A DNA stretch of 63,691 nucleotides, counting the filler, from Stramenopiles sp. TOSAG23-6 (Eukaryota), in the NCBI GenBank assembly GCA_900128565.1. It is 12 parts of 12 records of this genome, joined end to end, with 100 filler letters (N's around TTAATTAATTAA, not from the genome) between each part and the next. Parts side by side here need not be neighbours in the genome. Positions count along the whole stretch, not along the records: positions 7,419 to 14,725 come from LT636579.1; positions 14,826 to 22,114 come from LT636580.1; positions 22,215 to 29,497 come from LT636581.1; 9 more parts are not named here. One strand, given 5' to 3'. The notes beneath the pieces are model-generated. The model made no database searches. It was not told the DNA's origin and saw nothing but the letters and a program-made list of their open reading frames with translations. A program made the translations under genes and the position numbers. Of the stretch, positions 12,426 to 25,177 are shown in pieces. Within the stretch, counting starts at the first letter, position 1. Every line of letters starts with the position of its first letter.

Positions 12426-14525
12426 ATGGCTACTCCAAACAAAGGTAATCGCCGCGGTAAAGCAATGAACTCGAAGTTCGCTGATGCACCTGTTGTGACA
12501 GATACCCGTTTCTCACACGTGCATCGTGATCCTCGTTTTCAAAAGATGAGTAAGCGTGAGAAAAAAGTCAAAGTAGACAAACGTTTTAAGCACATGTTTT
12601 CTAATCCTGATTTTAATAGTGCTGTCTCAGCACCCACTGATAAGTATGGCCGAAGCCGAAAAGGCGAGAAAAATGCTGATGATGATCTTAAGCGATTTTA
12701 TCATCAAGATGATGATGAATCGGGTGAAGACGATGATGAGAAGATGCGACTTCGTCTAGAAGAGTTAAATCGTATGGCTCGTGGTGAAGCGTCCGAGTCC
12801 AGTGATGAGGATGACTCTGATGATAATGATGTTGAAACAATTGAAGAAGCTGAAGCTGCACGTGAAGTCATTCCTAATGGTGATGCAAGTCGACGTCTTG
12901 CTCTTGTTAACTGTAATTGGGACAATTTAAAGGCTGAAGACTTATACGCTGTTTTTCTTTCATTTAAACCAACACTAGGTGAGCTACGTCGTGTGTCTGT
13001 GTACCCCTCTGAGTATGGCATGAAACAGATGGCACTTGATAATCGTTATGGTCCTAATGTCTGGGATAGTTCTAAAGATACACCAAATAACAAAGGCAAG
13101 AACAATAATTTACCCGAACCTAAATTTTACAAAGATATTGACCTTGACGAAGTTGATCAGTGGGCCAAAGCAAATGGAGAGTCTGATGCTGGTTTAGATG
13201 CCACTGAAGGTTACAACAAAGAAAAACTTCGTGAATGGGAACTCAACAAACTTCGATATTATTTTGCAGTGGTTGAATTTGATTCTGCAAAAACAGCTCA
13301 GATTGTATATGATCAATGTGATGGTATGGAATTTGAAGCTTCATCGACAGAGCTCGACCTTCGATTTATTCCGGATGAGCTTGTCATATCTCAGAAATAT
13401 AGAGACTCTGCGAAGCATATGCGAAGTGATTATAAAGCGCCTTTTTTTGTGAGTAAAGCACTACAACATAGTAATCTCGAATTGTCATGGGATACTGGTG
13501 ATGCTGATCGTGCTGAAAAATTGACTTGGCGCCCGGCGTTAGATGCGCTAAAAGATGATGATTATGCTGCCTATCTAGCACCAGTTGCGGGTGAAAGCAG
13601 CGAAAGTAGTGATGAAAGTGAAGATGAGTCTCAACTTTCAGCTTTAGAAATCAAAGCAAGAGCAAAAGCTCGCGCAAAAGCAAAAAAAAAGAAAATTAAA
13701 GCAAAACGAAAAGCTGAACGAAAAAAATATAAATCATTATTACTGAAAAAAATTGGTGTGCAATCGATGGATGAGCCAGAAGTACCTGATATGGAGGTAA
13801 CCTTTAGACCTGGTCTCGCAAAACATCTTCGTGAGTCAAAAGAAAAACGTGAATTAGAAGCTACTGAAACTGTATTTGAACGGCGTCAACGTGAAGTGAA
13901 AGAACGAAAGAAGAAGAGAAAATATGCGGCAAAACTTGCAGAATTAGAAAAATCAGAAAAAATTGTCAACGATATTGACAATACAAGTACTATCTATTCT
14001 GAAGCTGCTGATCCATTTGCTGCTTGGGATGCTCAAGGCAAAATAGAATCTGCATCAATGAAGAAAGAGTCATTTAATCAAACTAACCGTAGTAACAATC
14101 AAGCAGTAGTAGACAATGTAAATGATGATGTCAATGAGAAACCAGTTGATGAAAAAGAAAAACGTCGTCAAATTGCAGAGATGCAACTTATGGTTATGGG
14201 TGAAGGCGGTAGAGAAAACAAACTGGGTGTTGAATCAGACGATGGATCTGATGATGAAATATCCAAAACGAATAAAAGAAAACGAAAAAAAATGTCTAGG
14301 AAAGCAAGAATCAAAGCTAAAGCTCAGGCGAAGGCTGCCGAGGCGAATGCGCAGCGTGCTGCAGCTGAACAAGTTGTGAATGATCCTCGATTTAGTCAAG
14401 TTTTCTCAGACTCTAATTTTGCAATGGATAAGACAAGTAGTAAATATAAAGATACTGTTGGTTCAAAAATAATATTTCAAGAAAAAGTTAAACGTCGTGA
14501 AGCAAAAAGACAAAAACGTGCATAA
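12426..14525 (+). CDS. ESF1: Pre-rRNA processing protein ESF1 (intronless)
   Basis: D.RF..VH.DPRF N-terminus, RRLA.VN..WD, VYPSEYG, KLRYYFAVVE and a C-terminal DPRF (NUC153) motif. Confidence 0.93.
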   Translation: MATPNKGNRRGKAMNSKFADAPVVTDTRFSHVHRDPRFQKMSKREKKVKVDKRFKHMFSNPDFNSAVSAPTDKYGRSRKGEKNADDDLKRFYHQDDDESGEDDDEKMRLRLEELNRMARGEASESSDEDDSDDNDVETIEEAEAAREVIPNGDASRRLALVNCNWDNLKAEDLYAVFLSFKPTLGELRRVSVYPSEYGMKQMALDNRYGPNVWDSSKDTPNNKGKNNNLPEPKFYKDIDLDEVDQWAKANGESDAGLDATEGYNKEKLREWELNKLRYYFAVVEFDSAKTAQIVYDQCDGMEFEASSTELDLRFIPDELVISQKYRDSAKHMRSDYKAPFFVSKALQHSNLELSWDTGDADRAEKLTWRPALDALKDDDYAAYLAPVAGESSESSDESEDESQLSALEIKARAKARAKAKKKKIKAKRKAERKKYKSLLLKKIGVQSMDEPEVPDMEVTFRPGLAKHLRESKEKRELEATETVFERRQREVKERKKKRKYAAKLAELEKSEKIVNDIDNTSTIYSEAADPFAAWDAQGKIESASMKKESFNQTNRSNNQAVVDNVNDDVNEKPVDEKEKRRQIAEMQLMVMGEGGRENKLGVESDDGSDDEISKTNKRKRKKMSRKARIKAKAQAKAAEANAQRAAAEQVVNDPRFSQVFSDSNFAMDKTSSKYKDTVGSKIIFQEKVKRREAKRQKRA

Positions 14526-14674
14526 TATTTTTTTCAAATGTATGAGGTAATGATATAATAAAAATACAGAAATGTGCATAATATTTTTTTCAAATACATC
14601 AGATAATATTTTTAACCACTTGAGTTCATTTACAGTAAAGTAAAATGAACTTACTAAGAAGAAAAAGAAAAAAT

Positions 14675-14725
14675 AGCTCAGCAAGCAGGCTTCCAAACGG
14701 GTCCCCCACGATCGTACTAGCTGCT
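14675..14725 (-). rRNA. 5S rRNA, 3' half, truncated by the contig end
   Basis: Minus strand CTAGTACGATCGTGGGGGACCCGTTTGGAAGCCTGCTTGCTG resembles the loop E/terminal helix region of eukaryotic 5S and is followed by T runs (Pol III terminator-like). Confidence 0.7.
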
Positions 14726-14825
14726 NNNNNNNNNNNNNNNNNNNNNNNNNNNNNNNNNNNNNNNNNNNNTTAATTAATTAANNNNNNNNNNNNNNNNNNN
14801 NNNNNNNNNNNNNNNNNNNNNNNNN

Positions 14826-17427
14826 GCACTGTGTCTTTGCACTGATGGATCTATTTTATCTGCAGGTCAGGACAACGTTGTAAAACGTTGGGTTCAAACT
14901 TCATCCTCTAGCTGGGTTGATTCAGGTCAAGTTTCTCCGCACCCGGATTGGGTTACCACAATATTACCAATACCAGCGTCTATAATGGCAAAATGTAATA
15001 ATGGTGGTTTCATTACTGGATCTCTAGATCGTCCATCGATTAAAGCTGGTAAAGGCGCACCTATACGTATTTTCAACCTTGAGGGGGCAGAGGTAGTTGC
15101 ATTGAAAGGGCACACACAAGGTATTGTTTCTCTTGGTTGGACTGTGTCTTTTGATTTAGTCAGTGGTAGTTGGGATGGTACAGCTCGTGTGTGGTCACTA
15201 GCTGCTTTATCTACATTGCAAGATAATATTTCACCAGATATTTCCACAGCGGCTTGTACGCATATATTACGTGGTCATGAAAATGCAGTTGTGGTCTTAC
15301 CACTGGCAGATGGAAATATTGCAACAGGTTCTTCTGGTTCAACAGTAGATCCCGCGACGGGAAAGTCAGATTGTAAATTACGTGTATGGTCTATTGGGGA
15401 GTCAGGTACGAGCCAAGTGATAAAAACATTTACTGAACATTCACTGAATGTCAGAGCTCTAACAAATGCTCCTGCTTTAGGGGGTTGTTTTATGACTGGT
15501 GCCAACGATGGACAAGTTTTTCTTCGTTCAATTGACGGATCACCTCTCCAACAATTTAAATCAACATCATTATCTTCTAATAGTCAAAAGCTTTGTGGTA
15601 TACTTTCAATTGATTGCGTTTCAGCGGAACATGCTACAGTGTCTAATGAATCAACCTCTTTTTTTGTCACTTCCAGTCTTGATGAAAATGTTTGTGTCTG
15701 GCGTGGTGGGAATTGTGTACAACATATTCCACATCCTGGGACACCATGGAAAGTAATAATTTTACCAAATGGTGACTTAGTGACTGCGTGTGGAGATAAG
15801 AGGGTACGTATATGGACACGAAATGCAAGTCATGCCGCATCGAAGGAACTTCAAAATAGTTTTCAGGAGTCTTTAGTTTCTCGCACTACAGAAGGCCCAA
15901 AGCTTAATCCATCAGAATATCCATCTGTTGCTGATATGGAAGCAGGAAAGGTGCCAAATCCAAAAGGAAATGGAGGTGTTCAAATGTTTTCAAAGGATAA
16001 TAAGTTATATGCCTGTATGTTTTCCTATCATTTGAATTTCATTTTTTTTTCATAGTAAATTTCGTACCTAACAAAAAAAAATTTAAATTATTTTTTACAA
16101 TATATATTTATGGGATGGAAAAAGTTGGGTTTTGCAAGGAGAAGTAACTGGTTCTAGTGGTGGGGGAAATTTAGGAAAGAAAAAAACCAATGATGGTAAA
16201 GAATGGGATGAAGTAATAGATCTTGATCTTGATGGCGGACTTGTACTTCAATTAGGATTTAATTGGAATGATGATCCATGGCATGTAGCGAGTACATTTT
16301 GTCAAAAACACGAATTATCTAGTAATTACGAAGAACAAATTGGTAACTATATAGCGGGTCAACAAACACAGCGTGGGATAACACCATCATCCCAAAGTCA
16401 AAGTGATTGTAATCCAATTCAAACGACTTCAAATACAACATCCAAATATTTCCCTTCAAATGCATCACATGTCTACACATCAATAAACATTGATGGTATG
16501 TTGAAAAAAATGATTTCATGCAATAATTCCTTAAAAGAAAGTGACTCAAATTATTTTTTAAATGATGAAAATATTCAAGTATTGGTAGACTTATCAGATT
16601 GCTTAAAGGATAAGTCGCATTATCACTCACGGCTACTGCCTCCGAAAACATCCATTTTATTAATGAAACTTTTAGATTGGCCTTCCAATATTTTGTTTCC
16701 TTGTATTGACCTAATTCGTGTTGTTTTCACACATCCTGATGCTATTGATAGTGATATGAAATCAATGGATGAAAAACGGATTCGTGAACTCGTTTCAAAA
16801 ATAATTCGTCGTGTTGGTGATTCCGATGCCAGTTCCGTAGCACAAAAATTAGCATTAAAAGCATTTACAAATATCATTGCTGGGCGAGGGTCGCGCCAGA
16901 AAATGATGACAATCAGTTCATGTTCAGTAATGAATGATATCACATTATTTGCATGTAATCACGCAGGAACAAATGATACAAAGTTGAGACAAATAACTTC
17001 TTCTTTATTAATGAATATATCTACTGCTTTTTTTGAGATTGATACTGATTCCACCGTATTTCGTCCAAATCTTGATAGATCAACTGATCTTCTACTAGTT
17101 GCGCGTGCTTGCGTCGATGGATGCGCAAAAATTATAGGTAATTCGCTTTGTCATTCTGATAAATTAAGTATAAAGAGAGCTCTCATTGCTACTGGTACGA
17201 TTTTATCTGCAGTTCCTTTTAGGCAACGATACTCTGCTGGAGCTATGGTTTCATTGCCTTCAGCTGTGAAGTCTGTTATGTTAGCAAATATAATTGATCA
17301 GTGGAAAGAAACTGTTGCTAGCCTTCAAGGTACTGGTAAAATGGATGAAGCACAGTACGTAGTAGAGTTAATTGACATTTGTAATACTGTTGTAAATATT
17401 TCTACTTCTTATGAGCGCTTAAAATAA
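14826..17427 (+). CDS. PLAA: PLAA/DOA1/UFD3 (WD40-PFU-PUL), 5'-truncated; GT-AT intron 16015-16105
   Basis: WD40 repeats (VSGSWDGTARVW, GDLVTACGDKRVRIW), PFU (L.LGFN..DDPW..A..F) and PUL (L.WP...FP.IDL.R). Splicing gives LYAYLWDGKSWVLQGEV. Confidence 0.9.
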
Positions 17428-17566
17428 CTACAAATGTAAATATAAAAGATGCATTCAACTAAGGTACCATTTTTTACCAGGATCTTTTCATATTTATTAC
17501 ACTAAACTTTACATCATACATACATACAATAATAATCGGTACATACAGATTTGTATACCAATGCCA

Positions 17567-18520
17567 TTACCATGCATCGGCTGAATTTTCGGCAGTTTCA
17601 GCAACATTTTCTTCTTCATACTCATATTCAACTTCGACTCGAGGTCTAGAACTAACGACTGATTTCTTTCCATTTTTCTTTCCACTTTTCTTGTGCTTTT
17701 TGAATATCCCACTTTTATTGGAACTACTACGTTTACGTTTATCACTAGAAGTGTCTTCATCCTCACTATTGGAATCAACATCTTCATCCCAGGTAAATCT
17801 AGTCGCTGCATTTTCAATGTCTGACTCATCGTCTGACTCAAAATCGCCTTCAACAAATTCACTTGCCCCAAAACTTTCCTCCTCTTCCATTTCTTCTTCA
17901 ATCTCTTCCTCTTCACTTGAAATCTCAGCTTCATCCATTGTGTTTGAAAACACGTTTTCATTAAAGTTGTATATATCACCATATGTCCCACTTTTCAACC
18001 TGTCCAGAAGCTCGGCTTGAATAGTCTGATCCAAGCAGGCAGCTCGCTCAGCTTTAGTTTCACGCTTCGCTTCACGACGTTCAACTTTTTTATGCACACG
18101 AACCAAATTCGGACGAACTTTAAGTGCAAGCTTGCGTTGACGGATGAGGTATTGGTGAATTTTAGTCAGGCGCTGCTTATTTTTATGCAACATGAACTTA
18201 CCCCAGTATTGCAAATTCTCATCAATTATCGCAAGAGCCTTAGCATAATTCTTAGGCAGCTTAATCTTTTCCCAAAGATTTTTAGGAGAATGAGCGCGTT
18301 CAATAGTTTTAATGTACAAGTAACAAACAGCTTTCTCTTCTCGAATCGTTGCGTATCGACTGTTCGCAAGTGGGCATGACTGCTTGTTACAAAGACCGGA
18401 AACATTGTATGGGTTACGACAGAAATCTTGGTCCTTTGCGACTTTTGTTTTGAAGCTACAAAAGTTTCCAGAACCTTTCTGTCCACCAATAAGCTTCCAT
18501 ATTACTGGATCATGTTGCAT
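17567..18520 (-). CDS. MAK16: 60S biogenesis factor MAK16
   Basis: MQHD.VIW, FCSFK, FCRNPYNVSGLCN.QSCPLANSRYAT and an acidic tail with VEVEYE. Confidence 0.96.
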   Translation of the reverse strand: MQHDPVIWKLIGGQKGSGNFCSFKTKVAKDQDFCRNPYNVSGLCNKQSCPLANSRYATIREEKAVCYLYIKTIERAHSPKNLWEKIKLPKNYAKALAIIDENLQYWGKFMLHKNKQRLTKIHQYLIRQRKLALKVRPNLVRVHKKVERREAKRETKAERAACLDQTIQAELLDRLKSGTYGDIYNFNENVFSNTMDEAEISSEEEEIEEEMEEEESFGASEFVEGDFESDDESDIENAATRFTWDEDVDSNSEDEDTSSDKRKRSSSNKSGIFKKHKKSGKKNGKKSVVSSRPRVEVEYEYEEENVAETAENSADAW

Positions 18521-18748
18521 CTCCTTGAAATACGGAGACTATATCTATAACTATGGATATTCTACTATTGTTCTAACCAGTGAGTGCAGTGTTAGACGTG
18601 TGAGATCTGGGACGACACGCTGAGCTGACTTGATATCATACGATACCCGGTACCCAAGATTTTTTTCAAAACATCAATCACTGCATAAATATTACCTCTC
18701 TCTCTCCTGCAGAGATTCACAATAAAATTGAGTAATAATTCAAGCCTA

Positions 18749-20268
18749 ATGCTTGTTAGTTGTTCACGGTGTGGGGAACCTGTAGAAAATTGTGTCCGAA
18801 GTACATGCTTTTGCCCAGAATGTAGTAATGTAGTAAAAAAACGTTGGTGTGGTGGCTGTGGCGTGGAATGCAAAATCAACTCTGGTATAGACGATGGTAA
18901 TCATGTAGTCTTTCTTGGGCGTTTATGGCACACAGAGTGTTTACGTGTATTTCATCCGGATAGACTTGACAATAATGCTTTTGCTAGCACGTCTAGTCAC
19001 AAACATCATACGCCATTTGTGCGCTCAAGTTCATACATACGTGCATTTATGGATCGCACGGCTTCGGAAGATAGAAATCAAACTCAGGCTGTTAAGGACT
19101 CTACAAATAATGAGTACAGCACAAATACAAATAGTGAATACAGCACAAATAGAATAAAAAGTATGTCAACTCCATTAAAACCAACGACTAGAATAAAATC
19201 GCGTCATTATAAGAAAACAGATTTTCAACAACCAAATAAGACTATCCTCAAAAAGACTGGGAGAAGTAAAAGTAGTCGAAGTATTAGTGGAACATCTCGA
19301 CGATTGCAACAATTTCACTCTCCAGCACTACAAGATTTAGTAAGCCGAATAAAAATAGCTTGTGTGAAGCATCAAAACAAAATTAGAGATTGTATAATTG
19401 GTTCAGAATTGGTATCGTATCTTGTTCGGAGCGGACAATCTAAAAATCGTATCCATGCTCTCGCAGTTGGTCAGCATTTGTTTGACCTCGGTGTACGTGT
19501 TCATCATTCATTTCAAATCTATTTATTTTTCGTACGAAATTTCATACCTAACTATTTTTTACGAAAAAAAATATATATGTTTTCATAAAACATGTCTTGC
19601 GAAGAGTCTCAACTAGCAATAGTGTATATAAAAGTAAAATATCTGTGAAACATTCCGTTCGAGAAGTTGGGAAAAGTATCTTAAAATCTCTTAGCCCTTT
19701 GGTAGGGGCTTCAATCAGTAAGAAGAAAAAAGTAAAAAATAAGAGTTCAAATTTAGATAATTATCGTATGGGCTCAGAAAGTTCCGAATCAGAAATATCT
19801 GTAAATGATTCAACCAAACAATTATTAGATAAAAGAGATAAAAGAATGTTTGAAGATTCATCTGGTGCAGTGTACCAATTTTGGCCTTTACGATCTCTTT
19901 CAGATACTAAAACATCAAATACTAGTAGTTACAGTCAACGTGGCCAAACACTAAAAGATTTTGTACGTTTTCATTATGAATTTCAAATTTATTTTTTGTA
20001 GAGAAAATTTCATACCTAACGAATTTTAAATTTGATATATTTTTGGACAATACTTGGGACTCCGATACGAAAAACAAGAACTGTCCCTGTATCCACTACT
20101 GCTTCAAATAATGCAACAGGGTTGATTACATCATGGCCTTGGTCAACAGATAGTATGCTAAGAAATGTCGATACAGAATCGAAAAGTTCAAAACCTGGAA
20201 ATGTGTTGGGTAGTGATACTAAAAACTCGAAAGCTGTAGCTAGTGCGCGTGAAGTGGGTACTTCTTGA
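18749..20268 (+). CDS. Zinc-finger (LIM-like) plus DEP-domain protein; introns 19493-19593 (GT-AT) and 19963-20055 (GT-TT)
   Basis: CxxC clusters and WHTEC; DEP-like CIIGSELVSYLV...A..VGQHLFDLG|VLRRV completed by splicing. Confidence 0.7.
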
Positions 20269-20416
20269 TGTATTAAAATCTTTTCAATCATGCTAATGCT
20301 ATGATAATTTGAAACCAGGAAAAAGAGAAATCCAAGTTATAAATGTAGAAACTCAAATTAAACAAAATATTCAGTCAATACAAAAAACTTTTTAATATAA
20401 TATTCCTTTTGTAAAG

Positions 20417-20591
20417 TTAATTTGCTCTAAGACGTTTTGATGCAACGCTATGAGATCGCGAATTGTTCCGCTTGTTACCTCGGCTGCTTATATTTTCCTC
20501 AACTTCCCCAAGCATATCTGCTGGATATGAATTCATCTCTGCTTGAGAGATTGCTTCTTCTTCCTCCTCCTCTTCTTCCTCCTCTTCTTCT

Positions 20592-20626
<35 letters not shown>

Positions 20627-22114
20627 CTCTTCTTCTTCTTCCTCCTCTTCTTCTTCCTCCTCTTCTTCTTCCTCCTCTTCTTCTTCCTCTTCAGGAATCA
20701 CACGTCTAGATTTTGACTTCTGGACAACGATTTCTTCCACCCCAACTTCTACCTCTTCTTCAACAATAATCATATTATTGTTCTGAACAACGGATTCCTC
20801 AATCTCTCTATTTTTTTGACGATTCTGTGCAACCACATGATCCAAATTTTGAAACTTAAAATCACGAGCCGTTGCATTCTGACACCAACGAGTCAAGTCA
20901 GCACTAGGTTTAGCTTTTTTTAATTTCAAATAGGAAACCTCCATTTGTTCCATAATAAAAAGAAGAGACGGAAATAATCGAGAAACTTTAACAATTTGAC
21001 CTTTGGAAAATATTTTTTTCTTTATATTTCCTTTTCCTTTATCTTTTTTCTTTCTGCGTTTTCCTACATCTTCAGTATTACAAGCCTTTGTGACGAAATC
21101 CATGTATTCAGACACGGCAGGTTTCAATCTTTTGTGGATTTCGGCATGTAAACGTTTAAACCGCACAAGCGCATCTGTTGGACGAGGTTGTGAAATATTG
21201 ATTTTTACAGTATCGACAAAAATTTTATATGCATTTTGTAAGACTTTGATAAACCCATCCCCTTCTTTCCCGATAGAAAGTTTACACTTGGCTAGTACAC
21301 TTAATACACAAACATTTTGAAAAAGTCGTTTGTATGCCATTTGTTCTCTCAATATACCGGAAGCCTCGAAATTATACTTTATGTTATTTTTGATGGTATT
21401 CAAATTTTTAAGATTTGCTGGACATTGTAAACGCAATAATTTTAACTTTGACAAAACCGATGCAATATTTTGTAACTCCAAAGAAACTTCGCCAAGGACT
21501 GCAACAGCCACAGATGTACTTGTGCAATTTTTTACTATTTCGGCAGATACTTCATCAATATTTATTTGTTCAGAAGCAACATCATCATCGTTATTCTCGT
21601 TTTGAACATTTGTTCTCAATACATTTGCCAAGTGAAGCAAACTATCAACATTGTTTGAGTTACGACAAAGACGAATAAAAAGAAATAAACATTTTTTACA
21701 TAGACCAGAATAATATCGAATTGAAAATTGACTACAAATATCGCGTATCCATATCAAATGTTCTTTTTGAAGAGAAAAAGGTAAACATTCAATAATACTT
21801 TGTATCACAGATACTAGATATTCTGCAGATTTCCAAGATTTTGTATTGAGTAAATCATCCACACGACTCTCTAATTTTCTTGCAGAAATTTGCAGTACGT
21901 TGAGAGCCTCAACATTTTCATCTTCATCGAGCAACGAACGATAAAACTTTACTGCTGCAGATGAAAAAGACAAATTTTCCTGTGCGCCAATTTCATTTGT
22001 ATTGACTTGTGCGTGTAGCGACATTGCGGCGAGAGCTACATTTTGAAAAACTTCTAAACAAAATTCCGAAAGAGCTCGAGAAGACGATTTTTTGTCTTTT
22101 TTCTTACCTTTTTT
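20417..22114 (-). CDS. FANCI: FANCI C-terminal part (5'-truncated) with a long poly-Glu tract
   Basis: RLFPSLLFIMEQME...ATARDFKF matches the FANCI C-terminal solenoid signature; GAA/GAG repeat at about 20553-20692. Confidence 0.7.
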
Positions 22115-22347
22115 NNNNNNNNNNNNNNNNNNNNNNNNNNNNNNNNNNNNNNNNNNNNTTAATTAATTAANNNNNNNNNNNNNNNNNNNNNNNNNNNNNN
22201 NNNNNNNNNNNNNNTTTTTTTTTGTACGAAATTTTGTACCTAATAAAAAACAATTTACGAAAAAAATTCAATAATTTTTTTTTCTGTAATTTTTTTTTCG
22301 TACGTAATTTTGTACCTAATGATTTTTTTTTTACTAAAGAAACATAT

Positions 22348-24919
22348 TTTTGAAACTATATCTTTGTCGTGATGGACTAGTTCGAATTTGTACAGATGAA
22401 TACAGACATCCTGGTAACTGTGAAGCTAATTTGGGTAATATATTTATGCATTTATCAAATTATTCTTTAAACAAAACATCTACTGCATACGTTCATTCAA
22501 ATGATTCGACGGGAGGGAATGTACGTTTTTTTTTTTCAATTTTTCATCTAAAATTTTTTTTCGTACGAAATATTGTACCTAACAATTTTTTTTTAGATTT
22601 TTTTAAAATTATTTTTCCAAAATACATGGGAATAAAAGAGCATTGTCTGCTGTATTAGAAAGTTTTGCACAGGAAGGAATTACTGATGTGTTTCAATTAT
22701 GGCATCGCCTTTGTTCACTTGTTAGTCTCACTACCCAAGCAATGAGACCAGCCTTAATTGATGCAATAAGAAAATCTACAGATGTTGTGTATGTATGTTT
22801 TTTTTTTTTTTTTTTACCGAAAAAAAAAATCGAATTTTTTTTTTTATAAAAATTTTGTACCTAAACAAAAATTATTTTTTTTGAAATATTTTTCCAAAAT
22901 ACATAATTCGTACATCAACTCTCCAGAACGATCTCGAGCAAATATTTCTTTTGCTCCTTTCGGAACTCCTTATGGAAAAACAACCAATGACAAAGTGTTG
23001 AATGAAACAATAAAACGACATTTGAAAAATTTGCAATCTGGTGGCAGAAGCTTCCATATATTTGGCTTCGATGTAATGCTTGATGAACATTTTGATCCTT
23101 GGCTTCTTGAGGTCAATGCTAATCCTAGCTTTAATATTTCAGCCCCACATTTCAAACAAAGATTAGAAGAGGTCGAGTTGAATAAACCATTGACAAAATT
23201 AGAAGAGGTCGAGTTAAATAAACCATTGACAAAATTAGAAATGTATGAAAACAAAAAGAATTTCCCCATTGAAGCAGTCAAGAACAAAATGTATGAGGAC
23301 GATGGCACTAAATCCGATGAAAGCATTATTGGAACTATCAGTGACGAAGATATACAATCCAATAGTTCAGTACAATTCAAAGATTTGTCGTCTTGTACAA
23401 ANAGAAAAACAAAAAGAAGTACTATTAGCGAAATTGATAAAATGGTTAAAACAAAGGCTTTATTGGGTGCATTTGAAATAGCCGAATTAGAACTATCAAA
23501 AACAATTCCAGGAAATAAAAAAGACAAAAAGGGTGGAATAATAGAGGGTACAAATAAAAGTATTTATTATATCCCAGTTGGAACCAGGCATGTACGTTTC
23601 ACATGATGAATTTATTAATTTTTTTTTTTTGGTTTTCGTACGAAATTTCGTACCTAACGATTTTTTTTCATGATTTCGTTTTTTTTCACCACAAATAGTG
23701 AACAACATCCTGGACTTCTTGCAATCCATAGACTTCAAAAACTTTGCTCAGAATTATTATCAACAAGGAGTGGATTTACTTCATTCAAATTTAGGAACTT
23801 TGTTAAACATTGCGACCTGTACGTTTTCGACATTGAGCTTTACATTTGTTTTTTACAGAAAATAATTTGTATTCAACATATTTCAAATGTTACATTTTTT
23901 TTCACAATAAATTTTGACCGACAAATTAACAATAGTTGATGTTGATCATTTGTATGCTTCTATGCGGTATGCATTTACAAATAGAAATAGGTGTGATGTA
24001 GATCGTGTTTCCAATGATGTCCTTTCAGGGATGTGTCCGTTTTCCTACCATTTCAATTTTTTATGTATTTTTTTTCATACCAAAATTTGTACCTAACAAA
24101 AAAATTACAAAAAAAAAATATTTTTTTGCAGTACATGGGATACAAATGCTTCGCTTACCGAGGTCGAAGCATATTCCAGTCTATCTCTACATCCTATCCA
24201 ACTAACTGAATTAGTGCAATCCGTGGCTGCAAAAGCAAGACCTCATTTATCGCCTCTAGCGGCATTGACATGTATGTTGTTTTTTTTAATTTCGAATATT
24301 TTTTTTTCGTACGAAATTTTGTACCTAACAAATTTAAGTTTTTTTTTATGAAATATTTTTCCGAAATACATTATTATTAGATTGTCATGAAAAATCCAAA
24401 CATGAAACCTATTTTCATACTACTCCTACTACCTCGAATAAAAAAATAAATCAAAAAACAAATAATAAATTTGCAAAATCACATAGTCAGTCAAAACAAA
24501 AACGCAAATTAATTCAAAAGTCTACTTCGAGTTGTTCAGAGTCAAAAATGGTAATACTTAAACAACCTGGTCGTAAAAAATGTGTTCAAAACTTTCAGAC
24601 AGAATTACCTATTCAAAACTCTCAGACAGAATTACAAAACTCTCAGACAGAATTACATATTCAAAACTCTCAGACAGAATTACATATTCAAAATTCGCAA
24701 CATTCCGAAAGCATGAAAGTACCTACTATTGATTTGAGTAGTTCTAGTAGCTCTTTGGCAGTGTCTATTACTGATGACGACTCTGATCGAGACATAAGTT
24801 TTATTGGTGTTGCTACAGGGTTTACAGATTTAGAATCAGAAGTGTTGAAAACAATGAAAGATTTGGAAAAAGGACTTGTAAAAATTGAGAAAATCGAAAA
24901 TAATTTTTTAACTAAATAA
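22348..24919 (+). CDS. Tubulin-tyrosine-ligase-like (polyglutamylase) gene, 5'-truncated; introns 22521-22627, 22793-22904, 23592-23696, 23819-23912, 24035-24136, 24272-24371
   Basis: DGLVRICT..Y, MHLSNYSLNK and FHIFGFDVMLD...PWLLEVNANPSF. The frame stays open across all six AT-ended introns; the last two also have in-frame AG alternatives. Confidence 0.85.
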
Positions 24920-25177
24920 AGAATGACATTTGAAAATTTGAAATCCGTTTGATAAAATTTGTAAATTTCTCATTTATTAGAAATATACAAAACAACTTGA
25001 TGTTTTTATAGTAGTGTAATATGACAACGCACACGGGAAAAAAGAGGTCAAAACTGTTCACTTGTACAAACTTTAGGGTTAACCCTAACCCTACCCTCAT
25101 TGCCCATTTAAAACACTTCATTCAGCTTTCATCTCGTGGGCAAGCAAAAACGTAATTTATCTTCATATCTATTTGAA

